A program made the translations under genes and the position numbers. 25,756 nt of DNA from an uncultured Acidimicrobiia bacterium (GTDB lineage: Bacteria > Actinomycetota > Acidimicrobiia > Acidimicrobiales > AC-14): positions 1-25,756 of the forward strand of contig CAWIIV010000005.1 of the NCBI GenBank assembly GCA_963836205.1. The letters are read 5' to 3'. Shown in pieces: positions 16,657 through 25,169 of the stretch (position 1 is the stretch's first letter; each line of letters starts with the position of its first letter). Under the pieces are notes generated by a model. It was not told where the DNA came from. It worked only from the letters and a program-made list of their open reading frames with translations, and did not search any database.

Positions 16657-17559
16657 CTACAGGCCGGTGAGCGCCACCAGGGCGAGGGGCCACAGGCACT
16701 TGCTGGCCACGATGAAGCGGGCGACCCGGGCCGGCGCCTCGCTCGGGCCGGGGCCGGGCGGCAGGAGGGCGAATGCCATGAGGGGGACGACCGGGGCTGC
16801 GGCCAGGGCGAACAACGCAGGGCTGCGGGCGGTGGTCAGGAGGACGGCCCACACCAGGGCGTAGGCCGCCGCGAACCCGCCCACCAGCCGGGGCTGGTGC
16901 CGGACCGCGACCAGGTGGGCCACGGTGCGGGTGCCGACGGCCCGGTCGGCGGAGGCGTCCTCCACCGTCTTGGCCACCTCGACGCACAGGATGCCCGCCC
17001 CCACAAGCAGGGCCGCGGCCACCGTCGCGGCCTCGGCCCCACCCGCGGCCTGGGCCCCGAAGACCAGCGTGGTCCCGCACTGGGCCGCGAAGACGGCATT
17101 GCCGAGGAGGGGGACCCGCTTGAGGAAGGGCGTGTAAAGGGCGGCCACCACACACATGGCGACCACGAGGAACAGCTGGTCCCGGGCCGAGGCCAGGGTC
17201 ACGGCCAACGCGGCGGTGAGGAGGGCGGCCGCCAGCCCCCCGGCCTGGGCGGTCGACACCCGACCCGCCGGGAGGGGGCGGTGGCCCTTGCCCATGCGGT
17301 CGGACTCCTGGTCGACGACGTTGTTGACCACGTTGCCGAAGGCGAGCACGAGCATGACGGCGGCGACCGGTCCGGCGAGAGTGGCCAGGGAGGGGGAGGC
17401 GGCGACGGCGGTTCCGGCGCCCACCAGGGTGGCCACGCCGGCCATGACGCAATTCTCGGCCCGGACCAGGCGCAGGACGGCGCCCGTGGTGGTCCCGAAC
17501 GGGGCGACCGCGACCGGCGCAGCCTCCGGCCGCAGGAGCGGTCCGGCCCGGTGCTCCAT
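16657..17559 (-). CDS. UbiA-family prenyltransferase, DGGGP-synthase-like
   Basis: LRLVRAENC, GNVVNNVVDQESD...RPLPAGRVS, LYTPFLKRVPLLGN, EVAKTVEDASADRAVGTRT; multiple TM helices; ATG at 17559. Confidence 0.82.
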   Translation of the reverse strand: MEHRAGPLLRPEAAPVAVAPFGTTTGAVLRLVRAENCVMAGVATLVGAGTAVAASPSLATLAGPVAAVMLVLAFGNVVNNVVDQESDRMGKGHRPLPAGRVSTAQAGGLAAALLTAALAVTLASARDQLFLVVAMCVVAALYTPFLKRVPLLGNAVFAAQCGTTLVFGAQAAGGAEAATVAAALLVGAGILCVEVAKTVEDASADRAVGTRTVAHLVAVRHQPRLVGGFAAAYALVWAVLLTTARSPALFALAAAPVVPLMAFALLPPGPGPSEAPARVARFIVASKCLWPLALVALTGL

Positions 17560-17604
17560 GGTCGTCCGCGACGCTAGCGCGGCCCGCTGGGCCAGCATGG
17601 GCGG

Positions 17605-18705
17605 ATGTCCGACGTCCTCAGCTTGCGGGCCCTCAACCGCGCCACCCTCGCCCGCCAGCACCTGTTGGAGCGGGTGGACATGCCGGTGGCGGCCATGGTG
17701 GAGCACCTGGTCGGCATGCAGGCCCAGGTGCCGAGGAACCCCTACCTGGCCCTGTGGTCGAGGGTGGAGGGGTTCCGGGCCGAGGACCTGGAGGCGCTTG
17801 TGGCGGGCCGCGGCGTCGTGCGGATGGGACTCATGCGGTCGACCCTGCACCTGGTCACGGCCGACGACGGCCTCCGCCTGCGACCGATGATGCAGCCGGT
17901 GCTGGATCGGGGTGTCTCCCCGGGAGGACCGTTCGGGCGCCACCTGGTCGGGGTTGCGGTCGACGAGGTGGCCACCGCCGGCCGGGCCCTCGTGGAGGCC
18001 GAGCCCCGGACGGGCGTCGAGCTGCGCCGGCTGCTGGGCGAGCGCTGGCCCGACCGCGATCCGGCGTCACTGGCCGCGGCGGCCACGTTCCTCCTGCCGG
18101 TGGTGCAGGTCCCGCCCCGAGGCCTCTGGCACACGAGCAGCCGTCCGACCTGGACCACGATCGAGTCGTGGCTGGGCCGACCCCTCGACCGGGGTCTCTC
18201 CATCGACCGCTTGATGCTGCGGTACCTGGCCGCCTTCGGCCCCGCGTCCGCGATGGACATGCAGAACTGGTGCGGCCTCACCCACCTGCGGGAGGTCGCC
18301 GATCGCCTCCGTCCCGGGCTGCGGGTGTTCCGCGACCACAACGGGCGGGAGCTGCTCGACGTGCCGGACGCCCCCCGTCCCGACCCGTCCGCTCCGGCAC
18401 CGCCTCGCTTCCTGCCTGAGTACGACAACGTCCTGCTCGGCCACGCCGACCGGACCCGGTTCTTCAACGACGAGGCCCGAGCCCCGGACCCCGACGGCGT
18501 GAACAGCATCCAGGGCTCGGTGCTGGTCGACGGGCTCTTCGCCGGCTGGTGGAACCTGAAGCGCCCGGCCCGCCTGGTCATCCGCCCCTTCTGGACGTGG
18601 CCCGCCGCCGATCGGGAGGCGGTGGACGATGAGGGCGGGCGTCTCCTCGCCTGGGTCGTGCCGGACGAGGCGTCGCCCGAGATCGTCCTCATGCCGCCGG
18701 TCTGA
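17605..18705 (+). CDS. AlkZ-like DNA glycosylase (HTH_42 winged-helix family)
   Basis: LNRATLARQHLL, QxQ catalytic motif GMQAQ, MRSTLHLV, RYLAAFGPA, RFLPEYDNVLLGH. Confidence 0.88.
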   Translation: MSDVLSLRALNRATLARQHLLERVDMPVAAMVEHLVGMQAQVPRNPYLALWSRVEGFRAEDLEALVAGRGVVRMGLMRSTLHLVTADDGLRLRPMMQPVLDRGVSPGGPFGRHLVGVAVDEVATAGRALVEAEPRTGVELRRLLGERWPDRDPASLAAAATFLLPVVQVPPRGLWHTSSRPTWTTIESWLGRPLDRGLSIDRLMLRYLAAFGPASAMDMQNWCGLTHLREVADRLRPGLRVFRDHNGRELLDVPDAPRPDPSAPAPPRFLPEYDNVLLGHADRTRFFNDEARAPDPDGVNSIQGSVLVDGLFAGWWNLKRPARLVIRPFWTWPAADREAVDDEGGRLLAWVVPDEASPEIVLMPPV

Positions 18706-18719
18706 GCGTGCCGGGCGGG

Positions 18720-18784
18720 CCGAACCGCCGGACCGAGCCGCCGGACCGAGCTGCCGGACCGAACCGCCGGACCGAGCCGTCGGT
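18720..18784. repeat. Tandem repeat, 5 x 13 bp
   Basis: ccgaaccgccgga / ccgagccgccgga / ccgagctgccgga / ccgaaccgccgga / ccgagccgtcggt, between convergent genes. Confidence 0.9.
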
Positions 18785-18800
18785 CCGGGGGGGCGGCGAC

Positions 18801-18930
18801 CTACCAGTCGCCCCCGCCGATGTCGCCGCCACCGCCCCAATCGCCGCCACCGCCCCAATCGCCACCACCGCCCCAGTCGCCGCCACCGACACCGCCGCCC
18901 CAATCGCCGCCGCCGATGTCGCCCCCGCCG
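18801..18930 (-). repeat. Coding repeat for the GGGGDW tail (~18-bp units)
   Basis: Repeated ccgccaccgccccaatcg-like units encoding GGGGDW. Confidence 0.8.
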
Positions 18931-20096
18931 CCCGGGTCGCCGTCGCCACCCGCGCCGGAGTTGTCGACGTAGACGTCGGTGTCGTGACTGCCGCCGCCCC
19001 AGCCCCAGCCGCCGCCCAGCATCTGGCCCAGGAAGAGACCGGTGAGGAGGCCGCCGCCACCACCGCCGCCGAACCAGCCGCCGCCGTAGAAGGGCGATCC
19101 CGAGCCGACGTAGGCCGGCTGGCCCCGCTCGTCGAGGTCGAGGGGCGGCTCTCCCCGGCGTCCGGGCTGCCCGAGGGCGGGCGGGGGCGGGGGCGGTTCC
19201 CGTCCCTCGACAACGGCCTTGGCCCGGGCCATGGCGTACTGGGCCTCGTCGAGGAGGCGGCCCACCCGCACCAGGTCGATGGGTTGGTCGACGGCCCGCA
19301 ATGCCTCCTGGGCCACCCGGTACCGCGACACGGCCGCGTCGTAGTCCGGACGGGCCGCGGGGTGGAGGTCGACGAGGGGTTCCAGGGTGACGACGTCGTC
19401 GGCCAGCACGGCCAGCTGGGACTCGAGGACGCTTCGATCGCGCTGGTCCTGGGCCCGTTCCCGGCTGCGCTTGCGGCGGAAGTACCAGACACCGCCCCCG
19501 ACGACGGCGGCCACGAGGACCAGCGGCACCACGCTCGAGCCCCCGCCGCCACCGTCACTCTCGCTACCGGAATCGCCCTCCCCCCGGTCGAAGGGTGTGG
19601 TCGCCGAGGGCGAGGTCGCCTGCGGTGCCCGGGCCGCCTGTTCCTGCGCCACCCGCTGTACGAAGTCCTCCAGCACCGCCTGCGTGCCCTCGCCGGAGTG
19701 GGCCTGGAACGAGGTGGTGGCCAGCGCCCCCGCCCGGCCCGCGGCCAGGGTGTTGCTGCCGGCCCGGAAGCTGTTGCCGGCGACGACCCCGTAGGTGCCG
19801 GCCAGCCCGGTGCGGGTTCCGAGGGTCTGGGGGAGTCGGCTGACGTCGCCGTCGACCTCGTCCACCGCCGCTGCGGGCAGGACGGCCACGAAGATGGGCG
19901 CCCCCGAGTCCCGGATGCGCTGGCGCAGGCCGTCGGCGTCGACCTCGTCGGCCCGCTCGGGGTCGGCATCGGCATCGACGTAGACCGAGTTGGAGCGCAG
20001 GGCGGCCGCGGCCCGGTCGAGAACGCCGGTCTGGGCGGCGGCCGCGGCCGGGACGACCAGGACAACCAGGGCGAAGGCGAGGAGAAGGCGTCGCAT
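18801..20096 (-). CDS. Exported/membrane protein with TPM-like N-terminal domain and Gly-rich GGGDW tail
   Basis: Signal peptide MRRLLLAFALVVLVVPAAAAA; a single TM (VVPLVLVAAVVGGGVWYFRRK); C-terminal GGGD(W/I) repeats. Confidence 0.8.
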   Translation of the reverse strand: MRRLLLAFALVVLVVPAAAAAQTGVLDRAAAALRSNSVYVDADADPERADEVDADGLRQRIRDSGAPIFVAVLPAAAVDEVDGDVSRLPQTLGTRTGLAGTYGVVAGNSFRAGSNTLAAGRAGALATTSFQAHSGEGTQAVLEDFVQRVAQEQAARAPQATSPSATTPFDRGEGDSGSESDGGGGGSSVVPLVLVAAVVGGGVWYFRRKRSRERAQDQRDRSVLESQLAVLADDVVTLEPLVDLHPAARPDYDAAVSRYRVAQEALRAVDQPIDLVRVGRLLDEAQYAMARAKAVVEGREPPPPPPALGQPGRRGEPPLDLDERGQPAYVGSGSPFYGGGWFGGGGGGGLLTGLFLGQMLGGGWGWGGGSHDTDVYVDNSGAGGDGDPGGGGDIGGGDWGGGVGGGDWGGGGDWGGGGDWGGGGDIGGGDW

Positions 20097-20124
20097 GCAG
20101 GGAGGCTCTACCCGCGACCGACCG

Positions 20125-20577
20125 TCAGTACCCGGCGGCGGGCGTGCCCGGCGGGTGGAAGACGCCAGCAACCGCGGCCGGGTTGGCGACGCACACCTCG
20201 CCCTCCAGGCCGTCGGGATCGCGGAAGAAGACGCTCAGGAGGGGGCCGAAGTCGGTGACGAAGCCGTCGGTGGCGCCCGCGGCCAGGAGCCGGTCGCGGA
20301 TGGTGTGGAAGGCGTCGAGCGACGCCGCCTGGAGGCCGAGGTGGTCGATGCGACCGCGCCCGAACATCGGCGTCTGGCGGCCGGCCTCGCCGTTGCCCTC
20401 CACCTCGAACACGTTGAGCTGGGTGTGGGGCCCGATGTCGACGAACGACAGTCGCATGCCGGGCTCCTCTTCGCCGTCGCGGGTCACGATGGCGTCGAAC
20501 ATCTCTACGTAGAAGCGGTGGAGTCGATCGCTGTCGCTGGTGAGGGTGGCCACGTGGTTGACACCGTCGAGCAGCAT
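20125..20577 (-). CDS. VOC (glyoxalase) family protein
   Basis: GVNHVATLT...RFYVEMF, IDHLGL, SVFFRDPDGLEGE. Confidence 0.9.
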   Translation of the reverse strand: MLLDGVNHVATLTSDSDRLHRFYVEMFDAIVTRDGEEEPGMRLSFVDIGPHTQLNVFEVEGNGEAGRQTPMFGRGRIDHLGLQAASLDAFHTIRDRLLAAGATDGFVTDFGPLLSVFFRDPDGLEGEVCVANPAAVAGVFHPPGTPAAGY

Positions 20578-20626
20578 GGCCGAATCCTAGGAGGCGGGGG
20601 CGTCCCCGGCGCCGTTGAATGGGGGG

Positions 20627-21271
20627 ATGACGAACCGTCCCGATTCCGACATCGCCGGAGCCAGCGCCGCCCAGGCCCGCCTCCTCGCCCACCTGGCCGA
20701 TCTCACCGACGCCGACGTGGCCCGCCGGTCGTTGCTCCCCGGCTGGACCGTCGGCCACCTCCTCACCCACCTGGCCCGCAACGCCGACTCCCACGTGCGC
20801 ATGCTGGAAGGGGCGGCCGCAGGCGCCGAGGTCGAGCAGTACGACGGCGGCGCCGAGGCCCGCGACGCGGCCATCGAGGCGGGCGCGTCCCGAACCGCGG
20901 CCGAGCTGGTCGACGACGTGCGGGCCGCGTCGGACCGGCTGGAGCAGCTGTGGGCCGTCGTCCCCGACCACGCGTGGGACGGCCACGGCGTCAACGCCGG
21001 CGGGCAACGGCGGCCGTGCGTCCTCCTCGCCTTCCACCGCTGGCGGGAGGTGGAGGTGCACCAGGCCGACCTCGGCCTGGGTCCGACGTGGGACGACTGG
21101 TCCGACGGCTACGTGGCCCGGGAGCTGCCCCGGGCATTGGCCACCCTGCCCGCCCGCCTGGCCGACCCCGCCGCCCGCCGCCTCACCGCCTGGCTGCTCG
21201 ACCGGGCCCCGTCGCCGGGCGAGCTCGACCTGGCCGGGTGGGACGAGCACCCGGAGAACTACGGCCGGTGA
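20627..21271 (+). CDS. Mycothiol-dependent maleylpyruvate isomerase family (MDMPI) protein
   Basis: SLLPGWTVGHLLTHLARNAD, RWREVEVHQADLG. Confidence 0.88.
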   Translation: MTNRPDSDIAGASAAQARLLAHLADLTDADVARRSLLPGWTVGHLLTHLARNADSHVRMLEGAAAGAEVEQYDGGAEARDAAIEAGASRTAAELVDDVRAASDRLEQLWAVVPDHAWDGHGVNAGGQRRPCVLLAFHRWREVEVHQADLGLGPTWDDWSDGYVARELPRALATLPARLADPAARRLTAWLLDRAPSPGELDLAGWDEHPENYGR

Positions 21272-22386
21272 GCACCTTCGTCGTCCGCCTGGCGACGTCG
21301 GGGCCGGGACTGGCGGTGGCGGTGAAGGACCTGTTCGACATGGTCGGCCTGCCCACCACGGCCGGGTCCCGGGCGGTGGCGGCCGCCGCCCGGCCGGCGC
21401 AAGCGGACGCCGCCTGCCTGGCCGGCGTCCGGGCGGGCGAGGCGGCCGGCACCCTCCACGTGGTGGGCAAGACCAACCTCCACGAGCTGGGCTAGGGGGT
21501 CACCGGGATCAACCCCTGGTACTGCACGCCGCCCAACCCCCTGCGGGAGGGACTGGTGCCGGGCGGGTCGTCGAGCGGCTCGGCGGTGGCGGTGGCCGCC
21601 GGCGAGGCCGACGTCGCCCTCGGCACCGATACCGGCGGGTCGATCCGCATCCCGGCCGCCTGCTGTGGAGTCGCTGGCCTGAAGACCACCTCCGGCCGCA
21701 TCCCCATGGCGGGCGTGTGGCCCCTCGCACCCAGCCTCGACACCGTCGGCCCCCTGGCCCGGGACGTCGCCGGCCTGGTGCTCGGCATGCAGCTCCTGGA
21801 GCCCGGCTTCGAGGTGGCCCCCCTCCCCGAACGGCTGGTGGTGGGACGGTTGCGGGTGCCGGCCCTCGCCGCCATCGACGCCGCCGTCGACGGCGCTCTG
21901 GCCGCGGCCGACGTCGAGGTGGTCGACATCGAGCCCCAAGGCTGGGACGCGGCGGTGGTCGCGGCCGGGATCCGGTTGGCGGCCGAGGCCTGGGCGACCG
22001 ACGGCCACCTCCTCGCCCGTCGTCAGCAACTGGGACCCGACGTCGCCTCCCGGCTGGAGAATGGCCGACCGCCCGACGGGTGGGAGGTCGCGGCCGACGC
22101 CGCCCGGGACGCCTGGCGACGGCAGGTGGCCACCCTGCTTGACGGGGTCGACGTGCTCGCCCTGCCCACCCTGGCCGACTTCCCACCCCCGCTCGACGAG
22201 GCCGGCCGGGTCTTCCGCATCCGCCGCACCGAGGTGATGAACCTGGCCGGGGTGCCGGCGCTGTCGCTCCCGGTACCGGCCCGGGGCCACGCCCTGCCCG
22301 CCAGCCTGCAACTGGTCGGCCGGCACGGCGCCGAGGAGCTCCTGCTGGCGGTGGGACTGGTGGTGGAGGCGGCCGTGGGGGCCTGA
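21268..22386 (+). pseudogene. Amidase (amidase-signature family) interrupted by in-frame TAG
   Basis: GTG overlaps the upstream stop; [50 protein letters not shown]; TAG at 21493-21495. Confidence 0.85.
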
Positions 22387-22388
22387 AG

Positions 22389-22922
22389 TCAGAAGGGTCC
22401 GAACACCCACTTCGACGGTGCGGCCTGGTCGTCGCCGATCCAGAAGTCGGCCCACAGGTCGACGAACTCCGTCCGGGAGATGTGGCCGTCGCCGTCGGCG
22501 TCGAGGAACCGGAACACACCGTCGGTGTCGACCGGGGCGCCCTTCCAGGCCTCGATCATCTGGTTGTACTCGGCTGGGCTGACCTCGCCGTTGCCGTTCT
22601 CGTCGACGGCGTCGAACATGGTGTTGGCGGTGCCCTCCACCTGGTCGCGGACCGCGGGCAGTTGGTCGACGACCGCCATGACCTCGTCGAGGGTGACCCG
22701 GTTGTCGCGGTCCTGGTCGGAGGCGGCCAGGAGCGTCTGCCACCACCCCATCATGACGGCCGTGATCCGTTCGAACTCAGGCGTGCCCGGCTGGTAGCCC
22801 CGGATCTCGTTCCACCGGTCGGTGAGGCACTGGAAGTCCTCCTCCTCCAGATAGCCGTCCTGGTCGACGTCGAGGGCGTAGAACACACCCGCCACCTTGC
22901 GCTTCTGGAACTCGCTCGACAC
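22389..22922 (-). CDS. EF-hand calcium-binding protein (calerythrin-like, four loops)
   Basis: Loops DVDQDGYLEEED, DQDRDNRVTLDE, DENGNGEVSPAE, DADGDGHISRTE; GGAGGT RBS. Confidence 0.92.
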   Translation of the reverse strand: MSSEFQKRKVAGVFYALDVDQDGYLEEEDFQCLTDRWNEIRGYQPGTPEFERITAVMMGWWQTLLAASDQDRDNRVTLDEVMAVVDQLPAVRDQVEGTANTMFDAVDENGNGEVSPAEYNQMIEAWKGAPVDTDGVFRFLDADGDGHISRTEFVDLWADFWIGDDQAAPSKWVFGPF

Positions 22923-22995
22923 AGCCCACCTCCGATCGGACGTTCGTCAGCCGGGGCGGATGGTAGCGGCGACATCGGGCTGCTCTACGTCGCCC

Positions 22996-23027
22996 TTGAC
23001 ACGAGAGTACTTTGTAGTGCAAAGTAC
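22996..23027 (+). promoter_or_regulatory. Promoter with overlapping palindromic operator
   Basis: TTGACA (22996-23001)-N18-CAAAGT; inverted repeat GTACTTTG-tagtg-CAAAGTAC (23007-23027); ATG at 23033. Confidence 0.75.
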
Positions 23028-23032
23028 CCTCC

Positions 23033-23592
23033 ATGACGAACATTCACGCATCCTCTCCCCAGGACGCGGCCGACGTCGTCGGCCATGTCGAGTCCGTCGG
23101 CCGCCAGACCCGCTTGGTGTTGGAGGAGTTCTGGTTCCCCCTGGTCGTCTTCGGCGCCCTCACCCTGGCCAGCGCCCCGGTGCAATGGAGGTGGCCGGGG
23201 GCGCGATCGCCGTGTTCTGGGCCATCGGCGGACCGGTCGGTGGCGCGCTGGTGGGCTGGTACTACCGGTCGCGCGAGCTTCGCCTCGGCCTGCGCCGGTC
23301 GGCCACCCCCTACGTGCTGACGGCCGTCGGCATCCTGGTCGGTGCGTTCCTGCTGCCGGCCGTGACCGGCGGCGACCTCCAGGAGGTGGTCTCGGTCTTC
23401 GCCGTGGCCGCCGGCTACCTCGTCTTCGCCTGGCTCGACCGCAGCCCCACCCTCGCCGCCCTGGCCGTCGGTCTGGCCGCGGTCCCGGTGGCCGTGCTGG
23501 CCGGCGGCTTCGAGCACCCGGGCGCCATCACCGCGGCGGTGACCGGCACCGCCATCCTGGTCTCCGGCCTCGCCTCCCGCCGCACCCGGTGA
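23033..23592 (+). pseudogene. Multi-TM membrane protein with a 1-nt frameshift in a G5 run
   Basis: One frame gives ...FWFPLVVFGALTLASAPVQWRWPG. Another continues GAIAVFWAIGGPVGGALVGWYY... Adding one G at 23197-23201 restores the ORF. Confidence 0.75.
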
Positions 23593-23933
23593 CCGACCCC
23601 GACGGGCACCCGGCCCAGCGCCTCGACGACGTCGTGCACCAACGGGTCCGCCTGGGGATCCTGGCCGTCCTCGAGCAAGCCGACCAGGCCGACTTCACCT
23701 ACCTGCGCAACGCCCTCGGCCTGACCGACGGAAACCTGTCCCGCCACCTGGGCGTGCTGGAGGAGGCGGGCTACCTGGAGATCAGCAAGACGTTCGAAGG
23801 GCGCAAGCCCCGGACCTGGGTCCGATCGACCCGGCTCGGCCAGTCCGCGCTGGCCGCGGAGATGGCCGCCCTCCGGGACCTGGTCACCCGGTACGAGAGC
23901 AACGTGGCCACGACCGGGTCGGATCCCGGCTGA
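23589..23933 (+). CDS. Winged-helix transcriptional regulator (HTH_34, ArsR/MarR-like)
   Basis: LDDVVHQRVRLGILAVL...ADFTYLRNALGLTDGNLSRHLGVLEEAGY...RKPRTWV; GTGA overlap. Confidence 0.9.
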   Translation: MTDPDGHPAQRLDDVVHQRVRLGILAVLEQADQADFTYLRNALGLTDGNLSRHLGVLEEAGYLEISKTFEGRKPRTWVRSTRLGQSALAAEMAALRDLVTRYESNVATTGSDPG

Positions 23934-23966
23934 CCGTGCCGGGCGGCAGCTAGGGCCGAGCCGTCG

Positions 23967-24446
23967 TCAGAAGCCGAGCGTGGCCGGGAAGGCGAGGTCG
24001 AGCTTGCGGGCCCGCAGGTCCTTCTCGTCGAAGTAGAGCTGCTCGAGCTGGGCCACCTCGGCGTCGTCGATGTCGAGGAGGTTGGCCATGCGGGCGATCT
24101 TGTCCTTCTCCTCCTGGTTGTAGTCGCCGTCGGAGGCGCAGGCCCGGATCGACTCGTAGATCACGGTGCGGGGCGCGGTGGCCCACTGGAGGCCCCGGTC
24201 GAAGAAGACCTTGACGTCGTCGCCGCCGGGGTAGGCCCGCAGCTCGGCCAGGGTCTCGTCGCTGGCCCCGATGGCGGCGGCGTAGCCCACGCACCACTCC
24301 CGCTCGGCGTCGGTGAGGTTGTCGTCGGCGTTGCAGCACACGATCAGGGCCTTGAAGAAGTCGAGCAGCACCGACTGGTCCATGGCCCCGTCGGCGTTCC
24401 AGAGCTCGGCGACGGTCCACCGGGCGGCCATGTCCTGCGGCGTCAT
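23967..24446 (-). CDS. TerB-like protein
   Basis: Duplicated motif ADDNLTDAERE / SDGDYNQEEKDKIARMANLLDI. Confidence 0.7.
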   Translation of the reverse strand: MTPQDMAARWTVAELWNADGAMDQSVLLDFFKALIVCCNADDNLTDAEREWCVGYAAAIGASDETLAELRAYPGGDDVKVFFDRGLQWATAPRTVIYESIRACASDGDYNQEEKDKIARMANLLDIDDAEVAQLEQLYFDEKDLRARKLDLAFPATLGF

Positions 24447-24450
24447 CGGA

Positions 24451-24771
24451 TCAGGCCGGGTCGGAGGGGTCGCCCGGGTCGGCGGTGTCGACCGCCTCCA
24501 TGCCCGTCATGTGGAGGTCGAAGGGGAAGGCGTTCTCCACCTGGGCCTGGGCCCGGGCCTCGTCGAGGATCTTGCTGGGGGACTCCCCCGTGACCAGGCC
24601 GAGCATGAGGGCGGCGGTGGTGAGCTGCCCGGTGAGCTGGCCTTCGGCGTAGCCGTTGCGGTAGTCGACCGTCTCCACCTCGGGCGCCGACTGCGACATC
24701 GTGTACTCACGCGCCCCTGCCCGCTGGAGGATGCTGCGGCACATCATCTCGATTTCCTGCAACGGCTCCAC
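24451..24771 (-). CDS. Hypothetical protein (paralog of 9433..9747)
   Basis: GGAGG RBS; shares IExxCRxxLQxAxAR, APExxTxDYxxGYxxG, GES and VExAFPFD with 9433..9747. Confidence 0.85.
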   Translation of the reverse strand: MEPLQEIEMMCRSILQRAGAREYTMSQSAPEVETVDYRNGYAEGQLTGQLTTAALMLGLVTGESPSKILDEARAQAQVENAFPFDLHMTGMEAVDTADPGDPSDPA

Positions 24772-24811
24772 GGTGCCTCCTCGCTGGCGGTGCTACGCCG
24801 ACGCTAACCGT

Positions 24812-25030
24812 TCAGAAGAACCCGCCCGGGAAGCTGTAGTAGTCGGTGGGCTCGTAGTCGCCGTCGTCGACCACCCGGTGGGACTGGGCCGCGAAGGCGT
24901 TCGGCCCCGGCGGCCACAACACCTTGACCGCCCCCGTCTCGTCGTCCCACTCGGCGGCCAGCGCCCGGCGGGGAGCGCCGTCGACCGAGATCTCGACCTC
25001 CTGGAGGGATCGGAGCTTGTGCCAGGCCAT
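24812..25030 (-). CDS. Small hypothetical protein (72 aa)
   Basis: MAWHKLRSLQEVEISVDG...EWDDETGAVKVLWPPGPNAF...DYYSFPGGFF; strongly G/C-ending codons; TATCCT -10 upstream. Confidence 0.65.
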   Translation of the reverse strand: MAWHKLRSLQEVEISVDGAPRRALAAEWDDETGAVKVLWPPGPNAFAAQSHRVVDDGDYEPTDYYSFPGGFF

Positions 25031-25169
25031 GAGGTGGCACCGAGGATAGGCAGGTTTTCGTAAGGCCCGACCGTCCCCGGCGCTCCCATTGCCGTGGAAT
25101 CGATCAGCCGCACCCAGCCGTGACGTGGGCACCCGACGCGAGCACCGAGCCCAGCCATACCATCGAGGA

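Noticed and set aside
18720-18784. CRISPR array
   Set aside because: Units are 13 bp and contiguous with no spacers, and there are no cas genes.
21493-21495. Pyrrolysine or TAG recoding in the amidase
   Set aside because: TAG serves as a normal stop elsewhere in the window (e.g. 577, 16657, 18801, 20125), no pyl genes are seen, and the site is one base from TAC.
320-21495. Many long overlapping ORFs (e.g. 320..2608, 9916..12000, 10329..12113, 14572..16497, 18708..20258)
   Set aside because: Antisense or alternate-frame shadows of real genes, caused by stop-codon scarcity at high GC. They show no recognisable motifs.
22931-22940. 10-bp palindrome TCCGATCGGA
   Set aside because: Short, overlaps the EF-hand RBS, and is expected by chance in DNA this GC-rich.
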